Source of the DNA: Syntrophomonadaceae bacterium
GTDB lineage: Bacteria > Bacillota > Dethiobacteria > DTU022 > UBA8154
Reading direction: 5' to 3'
Length of the DNA: 64,000 nucleotides
NCBI GenBank assembly: GCA_003563895.1
Contig: PWTK01000105.1
Span: 15,129 to 79,128, forward strand
Shown: positions 39,101 through 50,276 of the stretch, piece by piece
Position numbering within the stretch: the first letter of the stretch is position 1
Layout: every line of letters starts with the position of its first letter
Made by a program: the position numbers and the translations under genes
The notes under the pieces: generated by a model
The model's input: the letters and a program-made list of their open reading frames with translations, nothing else
Databases searched by the model: none
Told to the model about the DNA's origin: nothing

Positions 39101-39420
39101 CCTTGACGCCTCCAAACGCGGAGCTTTTTTCCATGTCCTAAAACCTGCTAATACCGCGCGGATGTACTTGCCCCCTCTTTTCCGCAAGCTGCTCGCGAAG
39201 CTGCTTGCAGCCAATCCTTCCAGCTGCCACGGCCGGTTCCATTTGTCCGGGTATTGAAAGAAACCGCCGTTTGCCCTGGATGTTTTCGGATGGAACCGGT
39301 GCCCTGTGATACCTTGTAATATAATGAAAGGGCTGATCCCCGAAGGAGCGCCGGGGAGCAGCCCTTACACTTAAGTTCACACACGTTCCTCTCATGTAAA
39401 TGTGTAAGCCCGAAAACGGG

Positions 39421-39705
39421 TTATTTTAGTTTGCCAATGAAAGTGTCTACATCGATGGCAGGATAAGTTTGGATCCTGATGGTGCCCCGTGAGGCGAGTT
39501 CCAAGGAAATCTTGGAAATGGTTTCGCTGTCGGGCGCTTCAACGATGTTCAGGAAATCGTACTGCCCCAAAATAACATACTGAGCCAGCACCTTACCACC
39601 CATTGATTCGACGTCACTGTTGACTTCCTTGATCCGCTCCGGCTTTTTCTTTAACGTTTCACAACCTTCATCAGTCAAGCGGCTGAGCATAATGTAAGTA
39701 GGCAT
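39421..39705 (-). CDS. GYD-domain protein
   Basis: MPTYIML..LTDEG, G.YDF..IVEAPD; ATG 39705 behind GGAGG. Confidence 0.85.
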   Translation of the reverse strand: MPTYIMLSRLTDEGCETLKKKPERIKEVNSDVESMGGKVLAQYVILGQYDFLNIVEAPDSETISKISLELASRGTIRIQTYPAIDVDTFIGKLK

Positions 39706-39872
39706 TGTCCAGGCCTCCTCCAATGAGATAAATTCAATAATATTATAACATAATTGCGCAAAATTGTCTTTATGTTTTAATATTTCAGGAAAAACAAGCG
39801 GGCCGGGGCTTGCGATGGCGATGTTTCGGGGCCCGGCCCCAGGAACAAATGGAGCGCCGCCGGGGCAGTATT

Positions 39873-40415
39873 TTAGCTGTGGCCAGAAAGTTGTTCGGTG
39901 AAGATTTTTTGAAAGGCATTCAGGTCTTTTTCGCTAAAAAAAACAAAACGGATGAGGCGGACTTTTTCCAGTCCGGGGATCTCCTCCAGCACGGTGCTGA
40001 GGGCAATCCTGGAGGCCTCTTCAAAGGGATAACCAAAAGCCCCCGTTGACAGCGCCGGAAAAGCAATTGAATCGATGCCGTTTTCCTCGGCCAGTTTAAG
40101 CGCATTGCGATAGCAGTCTGCCAGCAGTTCCTCCTCCGGCTTATCACGGCCGTACACAGGTCCGAGGCAGTGTATGACGTATTCATTGGGCAGGTTGTGC
40201 CCTCCGCTAATGACTGCTTCTCCCGGCTTTATGGGCGCCAGCGGGCGGCATTCTTCTTCGAGACCCGGACCTGCTGCGCGGTGTAAGGCACCGGCCACCC
40301 CTCCTCCGGGTTTCAACTGGGCATTGGCCGCGTTTGCCACGGCGGCGATATCCCCCTGCGCGGCAATATCTCCCTGCACGCATTCTACGGTGATACCGGA
40401 AATTGTTTCACGCAC
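39873..40415 (-). CDS. Macro domain protein (O-acetyl-ADP-ribose deacetylase-like)
   Basis: GDI, NAAN..L..GGGV.GA.H.AAG, VIH..GP, FPALSTG.FGYP. Confidence 0.93.
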   Translation of the reverse strand: MRETISGITVECVQGDIAAQGDIAAVANAANAQLKPGGGVAGALHRAAGPGLEEECRPLAPIKPGEAVISGGHNLPNEYVIHCLGPVYGRDKPEEELLADCYRNALKLAEENGIDSIAFPALSTGAFGYPFEEASRIALSTVLEEIPGLEKVRLIRFVFFSEKDLNAFQKIFTEQLSGHS

Positions 40416-40506
40416 CGTTCATGCCTCCTTTCAGCAGTCCTTCGTATTCTTTGGAATGATTTCAACACTGTTTCCGGGATCTTAAACAGGTGTTCATGCA
40501 GCCTGC

Positions 40507-40713
40507 CTACCCTTTTTCCGCTTCTCTTGCCTTCCGATCTGAGAGGAGCTCGCCTCCCACTCCCACTTCCTCAGGGCTGCTGCTTCTCAAGTAAACGACA
40601 AATGCCGCTTCCGGGATGCCGGTCAACTCGCTGGCTTTCTGCGTAAAAGACCGAATCAACTCTTTTTTCTTCTCCGTCTCAAGCTCGGGACCGTAAAAAA
40701 AGATGGTCGGCAC
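40507..40713 (-). CDS. 4-oxalocrotonate tautomerase (DmpI-like) family protein
   Basis: N-terminal Pro after the initiator, 68 aa, VGVGG.L motif. Confidence 0.85.
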   Translation of the reverse strand: MPTIFFYGPELETEKKKELIRSFTQKASELTGIPEAAFVVYLRSSSPEEVGVGGELLSDRKAREAEKG

Positions 40714-40866
40714 GCTTAAACACCTCCCTCCCCGATCGGTCAGCTTTATGCTTTTCTTTTGATGTTTTATGCCCTGCAGGAGTTCTTTTCTATATTAAAC
40801 ACCCTTTTCCTGTTGAAAAACTTTTTTTGTGAAGCCCGCGAGTTATTCTCCCATGCTCTCCGGCCG

Positions 40867-41601
40867 TTACCGATCGGGATGACCCACCGGGATGATTAAC
40901 AGGGGGGTGGCTTCCATTTGCAGGAGCCGGCTGACATTGCGGTCTTCAAAAGCACCCACCACCACGCTGCCCAGCCCTAAAGCCTCGGCCTGCAGGGCAA
41001 TGTTTTGCGATACGTTACCGGATTCCATATGCACGTACCTTTCTCCCCTTTGACCGTACACCCCAGTCGTTCGCTCAAATTCTGCCGCCAGGACGATGCT
41101 GGCGGGAGCCGCAGCGATAAAATCCTGCCCCAGGGCCGCACCTGCCAGCTCCTCCCGCAGTTCGCCTTCCAGGAGCGGAACGAGTTTGTGGTCGGAGATG
41201 TCATAGATGTAGATCCCTGCCTGCATATCCTGTACATTTCCTGCCACCACGTATATCTCCATGGGATGAGTGGCACCGGCCGACGGAGCCGTACGGGTGG
41301 CTCCCGTTATTCCGTCCACACCACTGCCCTGGGCCGCCCAGAGAAGCTGTCCCAGCTGCTGCAGGGAAAGCGGCTTATCCTGGAAACTCCGCGTCGATTT
41401 CCGGATGCTGAGCGTTTCCTCCAGGGATACCTTTCCGACCTCTTCCGGTGCGGGCAGCTCCGTTGGGGGACCTTCGATGTTGTTCGGTGCAGGCCTTTCC
41501 TCAAGATCCTCTGGCGGCGCCGGCCTGCAGGCGGGAACAAAAACCATGGCCGCCAAAACGATAAAGAAAACCGCTGTTTTCAGTTTCGGACCTAAGTTCA
41601 T
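40867..41601 (-). CDS. SagB/ThcOx-like nitroreductase with a lipoprotein-like leader
   Basis: R.S.R.F, LSQ-like LLWAAQG, RTAPSAGA.HP, YGQRG.RY..ME.G, VGAF. Confidence 0.85.
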   Translation of the reverse strand: MNLGPKLKTAVFFIVLAAMVFVPACRPAPPEDLEERPAPNNIEGPPTELPAPEEVGKVSLEETLSIRKSTRSFQDKPLSLQQLGQLLWAAQGSGVDGITGATRTAPSAGATHPMEIYVVAGNVQDMQAGIYIYDISDHKLVPLLEGELREELAGAALGQDFIAAAPASIVLAAEFERTTGVYGQRGERYVHMESGNVSQNIALQAEALGLGSVVVGAFEDRNVSRLLQMEATPLLIIPVGHPDR

Positions 41602-41901
41602 TTAATCCCCTCCACGCTGGAATCAGGTTAAGTAAAGGGGGCATGGCTCCAGGTTGCCGGAAATGGAAAAGGCACCACCGGGGTTATCATTCAAGCAGGA
41701 GAAAGCTCAATAGAACAGGATCCAGGGATGTAGGGAAGACCTGGGCTGGACCTTATTCCTGAAAGCGGTTTTCGGAACAGGGTCAGGGCCGCGCCGGCTA
41801 AATTTTCCTCTCCTGCTCCCCTTGCTTTTGTTGAAGTCCTGCCTGAGAAACTTAAAGAAGCCTTAATATAAGAACGTTTTCCTCCCGGGAGTGGCACGCT
41901 T

Positions 41902-42669
41902 TCAATGCGTGAACTTTTCTATGCTGTCAAAATAGAGTTTCTGATCCACAAACATGATGTCGTTGTGGCTGGCATACGGGAGAACAACGAGCTCTTTTTG
42001 GTCGGTTCCCAATCGTTTTAAGAGTACTTCGGCCTCCTCAAAGGGAACAAGCCGGTCCCGTTCGCCATGGATCAAGAGTGCGGGAATAATAACCGATGCC
42101 GCCTTTCGCTGGGACTCATTTTCCACTTCATCCAGCCCGGCCCCCCTCAAGGGGAGACCCAGGTGATTGATGAGGCGGATGGGAGAAGAAAAACCGCTTT
42201 CCACGATCAACCCCATCAGCTCCTGGGAATAGGACGAAGCTAGCTCCAGCGCGGGCATTGAGCCCATTGAGCGGCCCATAACCCAAAGCTCAGCTTGGTC
42301 CGACCTGTTCCGCACCTCCTCTTGCACGGCGTGAAATACGCGGTGTGCGTCTTCGACCAGGGACGAAAAAGTCGGGACTCCCTCACTTTTCCCGTAACCG
42401 CGGTAGTCCGCGACGACCAAATTCAGCCCTTTTTCCAGGTAAAAAGGAGCGATCTCGTCATAATCCCCCGCCACCTCCCCATTCCCGTGAAAGTAAAGGA
42501 TCCACTTCTTGCTCTTTGCATGAAGATAGACGCGGCAGGCAACCCGTACATTTTCTTCAACCTCGACCATCATGTCAAAGGCCCCTTCCGGGGGCGGGCT
42601 GAGGTCCCGGCGGGGATAAAACAAAAAGCCCAAAAGCGAGGGTTGGTCCAGCGCTGAAAAAATTGACAC
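41902..42669 (-). CDS. Alpha/beta hydrolase
   Basis: FHGNGE, DYRGYG.S, GRSMGS, IHGERD, H.D. Confidence 0.9.
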   Translation of the reverse strand: MSIFSALDQPSLLGFLFYPRRDLSPPPEGAFDMMVEVEENVRVACRVYLHAKSKKWILYFHGNGEVAGDYDEIAPFYLEKGLNLVVADYRGYGKSEGVPTFSSLVEDAHRVFHAVQEEVRNRSDQAELWVMGRSMGSMPALELASSYSQELMGLIVESGFSSPIRLINHLGLPLRGAGLDEVENESQRKAASVIIPALLIHGERDRLVPFEEAEVLLKRLGTDQKELVVLPYASHNDIMFVDQKLYFDSIEKFTH

Positions 42670-42710
42670 AAAACACCCTCCCCTGCAATAAATATGTTAT
42701 TTTCGAAAAT

Positions 42711-42863
42711 CAGACTATCGGGTTTGCTCAGGATGACAATGAAAGAAGCCCCGCAAAAAAGAGGTTTTAAAAGGTCACACTTACAAAAAGGCCTTGATCT
42801 GCTAAAAAGCTGTATTTGGGGAGCCACTCCACAAGAATTCCCTGAGTTAAGTTGAAAGTCATG
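42711..42863 (+). mobile_element. MITE-like element family A, copy 5
   Basis: 153 bp copy; flanks TTCGAAAA / CTCGAAAA. Confidence 0.82.
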
Positions 42864-42999
42864 CTCGAAAAAACAGCGCCATAGCAAAAGATTCAATTCC
42901 CATGGCCTTGGGACATTCCTGCTCAGCGCACCCTATCCGTGGGGCACTTGCCCCGGCACACCCCTTTGAGCTTCGGCAGTCGAGCGGCAGCCGCTTCAT

Positions 43000-43659
43000 T
43001 TACCCCTCCCACCTCTTCTGCGCGCACTCATTCAATATTTGAAGGGCAGAGCTCGTGCCGATGCGATCTGCGCCTGCTTTAATCAGCTGCTGCGCAAACT
43101 CCGCGGTGCGGATGCCCCCGGAGGCTTTGATGCCCGCTTCCGGTGGAAGCAGCGAGCGCAGCAGCAGAATGTCTTCCAGGGATGCTCCCCGGGGACCAAA
43201 GCCCGTAGATGTTTTCACGTATTTTGCCCCGCCTTCTGCCAGCAGGCGGCAGGCCACAGCGATGTCTTCTTCGTTCAGCAGCCCGGTTTCAATTATTCCC
43301 TTTAGCGGGATGCCGCAGCGGACCACCCCCTTTATCTCTTCCCGGAGCACTTCTTCCTCGCGGTTCTTAAGGGCGGCGATGTTCAGAACCATATCCAGCT
43401 CGTTCGCCCCCTCCTCCACGGCCCTTTTCGCTTCAACCTCCTTCACCTCGGCAAAGGAGCAGCCGAACGGGAATCCCACCACGGTGACCACGTATACCCC
43501 TGTTCCTTTCAAAATATCCCTGGCCAGGGAGACATAATAAGGGTGGATGCACACCCCTTTCAAGCGGTTTTCTCCGGCTTCTTCGCAAAGCTGCCGGATT
43601 TCCTCCTTTGAAGCCGCAGGGTGCAGGAGCGTGGATTCAAGGTACTGCTCCAGTTTCAT
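43000..43659 (-). CDS. deoC: Deoxyribose-phosphate aldolase
   Basis: VVGFPFG, ELDMV.N, K.IIETG, VKTSTGF, IKASGGIR, RIGTSS. Confidence 0.93.
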   Translation of the reverse strand: MKLEQYLESTLLHPAASKEEIRQLCEEAGENRLKGVCIHPYYVSLARDILKGTGVYVVTVVGFPFGCSFAEVKEVEAKRAVEEGANELDMVLNIAALKNREEEVLREEIKGVVRCGIPLKGIIETGLLNEEDIAVACRLLAEGGAKYVKTSTGFGPRGASLEDILLLRSLLPPEAGIKASGGIRTAEFAQQLIKAGADRIGTSSALQILNECAQKRWEG

Positions 43660-43680
43660 GGTAACGGCAAACCTCCCCCC

Positions 43681-45102
43681 TTACCCTTCTCCCTTGATAA
43701 CCGCCAGGGGGAAAAGGCGGGCCACTTTTCTGCTGATGTCGATTTCATGCAGCGTTTCCACAACATTATCGATATCCTTGTATGCCAGCGGCGCTTCGTC
43801 CAACAGTTTGCGCTCCTTGGCCCCGTGGAAGAGGATGCCTTTCATTTGTTTTTTCAGCATGCCGGCGTCAAACTGCTTCCTGGCGGCGCGGCGCGAAAGA
43901 ACCCTTCCTGCCCCATGGTTGAGGGAATAAAAAGATTTTTCTGCCTGGGAACCGCCAGTAACCACATAGGAAGAGGTGCCCATGCTGCCGGGAATAATGA
44001 CGGGATGACCGGTTTCCCTGTAAGGGGGCGGGTTTTTTTCGTGCCCCGGCGGGAGCGCCCTGGTTGCCCCTTTTCTGTGTACCAGCAGGTCCTTTCCTTC
44101 AATGCGCTCAAATTTGGCGATGTTGTGGGAAACGTCGTAAACAATTCCCAGGCCCAACTCCTGATCGTCTCGACCAAACTTTTCGGCAAAGGCTTTCCGG
44201 ACATCGTAAGTGATCAGCTGCCGGTTTGAATAAGAAAAGTTCATCGCCGCCAGCATGGCCCCCAGGTAATCCCGGCCTTCGGGCGAGTCAATGGGAACCG
44301 CGGCCAATCCCTTCGAAGGGAGCTCTATCCCGTATCGGGCGGCGGCTTTTTCCATGATCTGCGAGTAATCGGTACAGATCTGGTGGCCAAAGCCTCTGCT
44401 TCCGGTATGGATGAGCAGCGTCAGCATCCCTTCGACAAGTCCAAAGGTCGAAGCAGCTTCCCTGTCGAAGATTTCCGCCACCTCGCCCAGCTCGATAAAG
44501 TGATTTCCGCCTCCGATGGTGGAAAGCTGGTTCCCCCTTTCCCGGCCTTCCTTGCTGACCTTGCCCAGATCGGCCCCGGCAAACGACCCTCCTTCCTCCA
44601 CGTAAAGGGAATCCTCGGAGCGGGCAAAGCCCATTTCAACGAGCGCTTTCATCCCCGTTTCAATTATTTCCTTGAACTGCTTTTTGGTAAAGTGATGGTA
44701 GCGGCTGCTTTTACCGACCCCAGTGGGGACGCGGGAAGTGATCCCCCTCATCAGTTCCCTGAAATCTTCACCGGAGAGCTTGGCTGCCTCGATCTCGGTG
44801 CGCAGAAGACGTACGCCGCAGTTGATATCCATGCCGACCGCTCCCGCGGATATCAGGCCTTTTGAGGCATCCATGGCCATTACGCCTCCTATGGGGAGGC
44901 CAAACCCGGCATGGATATCGGGCATCCCTACCACGTAGCGGTAAACACCAGGCAGCGAAGCGGCGTCGACCAGCTGTTTCAAAGATTCCTCTTCCACAAA
45001 AGAGCGGTAGAGGAAATCGTTGAGGTAGACCAGGGCATCGACCTTCATCCGACCGCTGCGCGGAATCATATAGCAATTTTTCCCGTAAGGCACCAGTTTC
45101 AT
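43681..45102 (-). CDS. rtcB: RtcB-family 3'-phosphate/5'-OH RNA ligase
   Basis: MPDIH.GFG.PIG, G.DINCG, GGGNHF.E, H.GSRG.GH, HRKGAT, PGSMG, HGAGR; start ATG 45102. Confidence 0.93.
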   Translation of the reverse strand: MKLVPYGKNCYMIPRSGRMKVDALVYLNDFLYRSFVEEESLKQLVDAASLPGVYRYVVGMPDIHAGFGLPIGGVMAMDASKGLISAGAVGMDINCGVRLLRTEIEAAKLSGEDFRELMRGITSRVPTGVGKSSRYHHFTKKQFKEIIETGMKALVEMGFARSEDSLYVEEGGSFAGADLGKVSKEGRERGNQLSTIGGGNHFIELGEVAEIFDREAASTFGLVEGMLTLLIHTGSRGFGHQICTDYSQIMEKAAARYGIELPSKGLAAVPIDSPEGRDYLGAMLAAMNFSYSNRQLITYDVRKAFAEKFGRDDQELGLGIVYDVSHNIAKFERIEGKDLLVHRKGATRALPPGHEKNPPPYRETGHPVIIPGSMGTSSYVVTGGSQAEKSFYSLNHGAGRVLSRRAARKQFDAGMLKKQMKGILFHGAKERKLLDEAPLAYKDIDNVVETLHEIDISRKVARLFPLAVIKGEG

Positions 45103-45597
45103 GTTCCTGCACCCTTCCCGTGAATGCTCCAACGACAGTGGGGCGGGCAAAAGTCTCACATCAGCCCCCGCGAAACCTGGTGGCGGTCGGTTTTCCCGAG
45201 CATTCGAAGCCCCGCGGACAGGCCAAAGTGCAGTTCCAGCTTCCGACCCGAAAGATATTTTCACGATTCTAATACGCATAATTTCATGAATGGTCTATTC
45301 GATTATTTCGTTAAAGCCTTCGCCAAACCCTTCTGCTTTGAGACAAATAATTCTGACATTTGACCGGGAGTTGGCCCACCCCGCCACTTACCCCTACAGC
45401 TGGCGTGAGGATCCACTGCAGGCCGCCGGGGTCCAACCTGTAAAAAGGTCGCCTTTCCAAACCGACAGCAAACTTACAGCAGCAGCACGGTCCATTCCGC
45501 TACAGGCGGCAGAGATAAAAGGAGGATTTTCTGAAATCATTGTTGAAAGAATTAAATTAAAAGGTTCTCCGGGTTTTTGCTGAACGAATTAAATTAT

Positions 45598-45750
45598 CAG
45601 ACTATCGGGTTTGCTCAGGATGACAATGAAAGAAGCCCCGCAAAAAAGAGGTTTTTAAAGGTCACACTTACAAAAAGGCCTTGATCTGCTAAAAAGCTGT
45701 ATTTTGGGGGCCACTCAACAAGAATTCCCTGAGTTTAGTTGATAATCATG
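45598..45750 (+). mobile_element. MITE-like element family A, copy 6
   Basis: 153 bp copy; flanks TTAAATTA / TTAAAATA. Confidence 0.82.
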
Positions 45751-45857
45751 TTAAAATAAAAAGAACCTGCCGGGTTTTGCTGGATTTGTTTGAAAACGTG
45801 TTCTCGAAAGACAAGCTGTCTGGCCGAGAGAACGGCCAGGGAACAGGGTAAAGGAGG

Positions 45858-47159
45858 ATGCCTGTGACTTCCAGAATTTTAATTAGAGGTGCCACAATAG
45901 TCACTATGAATGAAGACGAAGAAGTTTTTGGTCCCGGAGATCTTTTGATTGAAGACGACGCCATCCGGTCCATCGCTCCCGAGATTACTGTGCAAGAGGA
46001 GAAGGTGACGATTATTCCGGGTGAGGGAAAGGTTGCCATCCCCGGGTTAATCAATACCCATAACCACGCCGCCATGAGCCTTTTCCGCAGCTATGCCGAC
46101 GATTTGCCTCTCCGCGATTGGTTGGAAAACAAAATATTTCCTGCAGAAGCAAAATTGACGGGAAACGATGTGTACTGGGGCACCTCACTGGCCCTTCTGG
46201 AAATGCTGAGAGGTGGAACGACAACCTTTGTCGATATGTACTACCACATGGATGAGGTGGCCCGGGCCTGCCTGGAAAGCGGCGTCAGGGCGGTGCTTTC
46301 TCACGGGATCGTTGGCATCAACAGCCTTTTGGGACACAAGACCTTTCAGGGCGCCACGAACTTTGCCCGAAAGTGGAACAATGAGGGAAATGGGAGAATT
46401 AAAGCCATCCTCGGGCCGCATGCCCCCTATACCTGTCCCCCGGAGTTTTTAAAAAAAGTGTTGAAAAAAACAGAGCAGTTCAATACCACCTTTCACATCC
46501 ATCTCGCAGAGTCCCGGCAGGAAATGCAGGACTCCCTGGATAAATACCAAAAAACACCTGTGGGGTTAATGCAGGAGATAGGCCTCTTCGAAAGAGCCGT
46601 GCTGGCCGCCCACTGTGTGCATCTCACGGAAGAGGACATCGACATACTGGTTTCACGGGAGGTCGGAATTTCGCACAACCCGGGCAGCAACCTCAAATTG
46701 GGCAGCGGGATTGCCCCTTTGACAGAATTGCTGAACAGAAACGCCAGGTTAGGCCTCGGTACAGACGGAGCTGCCAGCAATAATAACCTGGACATGTTTG
46801 AAGAAATAAGGCTTGCCAGCCTTTTGCAGAAAGGATATCGCGAAGATCCCACCTTAATTTCAGCAAACGAGGCATTGGGAATGGCGACCCGGGGAGGCGC
46901 TAGGGCGCTGGGCATGGAGTACATTGGGGTTTTGAAAGAAGGAGCCAAGGCGGACCTCGCTCTGCTCGATTTTCAAAAACCCCACCTCCAACCTCATGCC
47001 GATCCGGTGGCCCATATCGTCTATTCCGCCTCTGCCGGTGATGTGGAAACCGTCATCGTGGATGGCAAAATACTGGTCGAAAAAGGGGTTTGTCAAACAC
47101 TGGACGAGGAGAAAATATTGTTTGAGGCAGCCCGGAGCGCAGAGAGACTCAGGCACTGA
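45858..47159 (+). CDS. mtaD: 5'-methylthioadenosine/S-adenosylhomocysteine deaminase
   Basis: NTHNH, PHAPYTC, HIHLAES, AAHCV, SNLKLGSG, GTDGAASNN; adjacent to SAM-salvage genes. Confidence 0.85.
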   Translation: MPVTSRILIRGATIVTMNEDEEVFGPGDLLIEDDAIRSIAPEITVQEEKVTIIPGEGKVAIPGLINTHNHAAMSLFRSYADDLPLRDWLENKIFPAEAKLTGNDVYWGTSLALLEMLRGGTTTFVDMYYHMDEVARACLESGVRAVLSHGIVGINSLLGHKTFQGATNFARKWNNEGNGRIKAILGPHAPYTCPPEFLKKVLKKTEQFNTTFHIHLAESRQEMQDSLDKYQKTPVGLMQEIGLFERAVLAAHCVHLTEEDIDILVSREVGISHNPGSNLKLGSGIAPLTELLNRNARLGLGTDGAASNNNLDMFEEIRLASLLQKGYREDPTLISANEALGMATRGGARALGMEYIGVLKEGAKADLALLDFQKPHLQPHADPVAHIVYSASAGDVETVIVDGKILVEKGVCQTLDEEKILFEAARSAERLRH

Positions 47160-47177
47160 AGCGCCAAAAAGGAAAAT

Positions 47178-47207
47178 AGCCGGGGGATAAAAGCCCCCGG
47201 CTTTTTT
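47178..47207 (+). terminator. Intrinsic terminator after mtaD
   Basis: AGCCGGGGG-loop-CCCCCGGCT followed by a T run. Confidence 0.8.
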
Positions 47208-47282
47208 GCAGGACATGTTTTAGGCGTGTTCAAGCGGCATTGTATTTGGGGATCTTTGGGGATCGATGTCCTTAATGCCCTA

Positions 47283-47397
47283 GTGCTCCAAAACATAATT
47301 ACGGTGACGTTTTTTTACACGAAAAGCCTCAACTTTTGCCTGAAAATCATTGTTTCTAACAGATCACATTCGGAACAATATTTGTGTTAGGAAGCAC
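47283..47397. repeat. Dispersed repeat family C, copy 1 (putative MITE)
   Basis: GTGCT...AGCAC ends; aligns with 56545-56662. Confidence 0.65.
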
Positions 47398-48846
<1,449 letters not shown>

Positions 48847-48965
48847 TATTCTTCTTAATCCCTCCTGAGTAATATATGCAGGTTAGCTTCCTGCTTGATG
48901 ATAATACAGGGCCGGTCAGCGTAAGCCGAACCAATGGCAGCGACCGGCCCTTAAATGTCTCGCTG

Positions 48966-49985
48966 TTAAACGGTTTGCCAGTGCCCCTCTTTGATGGCTT
49001 TTCGTATTTCCTGGATGGTCTGCGCGTCAAATTGGGCCCCGGTTTGCCTGACGATCTGTGCGGCAATATATGAAGCGATCCGTCCGGCATCGGCGATGGA
49101 GTAGCCCTTTAACAGGGCATATAAAAAGCCAGCTGCGTAATTGTCTCCGGCTCCCGTGGTATCCACGGCATCGACGGGGTAAGCATTTACCGGATTGCAT
49201 CGGGTTTCTTTGTCTTCATTGAAAGCGATGCAGGAACCGTCGGCACAATTTTTTACCGCCGCAATTTCGCATTGTTTAACCAATTCCCTGGCAGCTTCTT
49301 CGGGGTCATCAATCCCCAACAGCAAACGCGCTTCCTCGGAATTGGCCAACACCACATCGACGCTTTTCCTGATGAGTTCGATGAAGTCCTTGTAATGCCT
49401 CTCTACTGCGAAGGGATCGGCCACATCGAATACGACTTTTGTCCCGTTTTTGCGTGCCGTTTCAATTGCATCCGTAAGCGCCTGCTTTTGGTTTTCGGTG
49501 TCCCACATGTATCCCGTAAAGTACAGGAAATCAGCTCCGGCGATTTTTTCGTGTTTTACATTCTCGGGGCTGAAATTCCGGCAAACCCCGAGTCTTGTGC
49601 ACATCGTCCGTTCGTGATCCGGGGTGACAAGGACAATGCAGCTGCCGGTATCTCCTCCATCGAAGACCAGATCGGATATCACTTTTTGGGCCTGCAGGCG
49701 TTGGCGGTATATATCGCCGAGCTCATCATTTCCGACTTTTCCCGCAAGGGCGGCACGGACACCCAGGGAGGCAAGCGTGATCATGGTATTTGGAGCGGAT
49801 CCGCCGCAAGAATATTTTTTTTCCCGATCTTTGATGCGCTCCAGGATGTAATTGCCGCGTTCGGTCTCGATGAGCTCCATGGTACCTTTTTTCAGCCCGA
49901 GCTCTTCTATTTCACTGTCGCTCACCTGTGTAAGCACATCGATCAAAGGATTTCCAATCCCGTATATATCTACTCTCTCGCTCAT
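48966..49985 (-). CDS. PfkB-family adenosine kinase-like sugar/nucleoside kinase
   Basis: GIGNPL.D, GGSA.NT, ERTM, DTTGAGD.YAAG; start ATG 49985 behind GGAGG. Confidence 0.88.
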   Translation of the reverse strand: MSERVDIYGIGNPLIDVLTQVSDSEIEELGLKKGTMELIETERGNYILERIKDREKKYSCGGSAPNTMITLASLGVRAALAGKVGNDELGDIYRQRLQAQKVISDLVFDGGDTGSCIVLVTPDHERTMCTRLGVCRNFSPENVKHEKIAGADFLYFTGYMWDTENQKQALTDAIETARKNGTKVVFDVADPFAVERHYKDFIELIRKSVDVVLANSEEARLLLGIDDPEEAARELVKQCEIAAVKNCADGSCIAFNEDKETRCNPVNAYPVDAVDTTGAGDNYAAGFLYALLKGYSIADAGRIASYIAAQIVRQTGAQFDAQTIQEIRKAIKEGHWQTV

Positions 49986-50276
49986 ACTGCCTCCCATAAA
50001 AAAATCTCCTTCGGAAACATATTTGGTCCCTTGTTCGGGCAGCCCCGCCGGCACCCCGAAAAGGGACCCGGTCGGGTTCGGCATCCATTTGCAGCCGGTT
50101 CCTGTTTTCCAGGGAAAAGCGGCTGCAGCGCCCTGCCGCTTCCGACAGCTATATATTATATCACCTGCAGCATGCCGAGTCAAGTTTTACGAACAAAAGT
50201 TCTGTATTATTATTGGGGAAAACAACAGTACGCTTTAATGAACCTTGCGTGCTAATCCTGCGAGGTATTGACAGGG

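Noticed and set aside
45103..45590. N-terminal extension of RtcB to 45279, or an RtcB-associated RNA/intron
   Set aside because: The extension has no homology-like features and ATG 45102 has an RBS; no tRNA-like or intron motif found; no archease, rtcA or rtcR adjacent
13047..45750. Family A repeats as a CRISPR array or as genes for a 40-aa peptide (ORFs 12975-13163, 19392-19613, 25924-26502, 42570-42896)
   Set aside because: Copies are dispersed, long, in both orientations and lack spacers or cas genes; the internal frame is shifted in copies 3 and 4 and has no RBS
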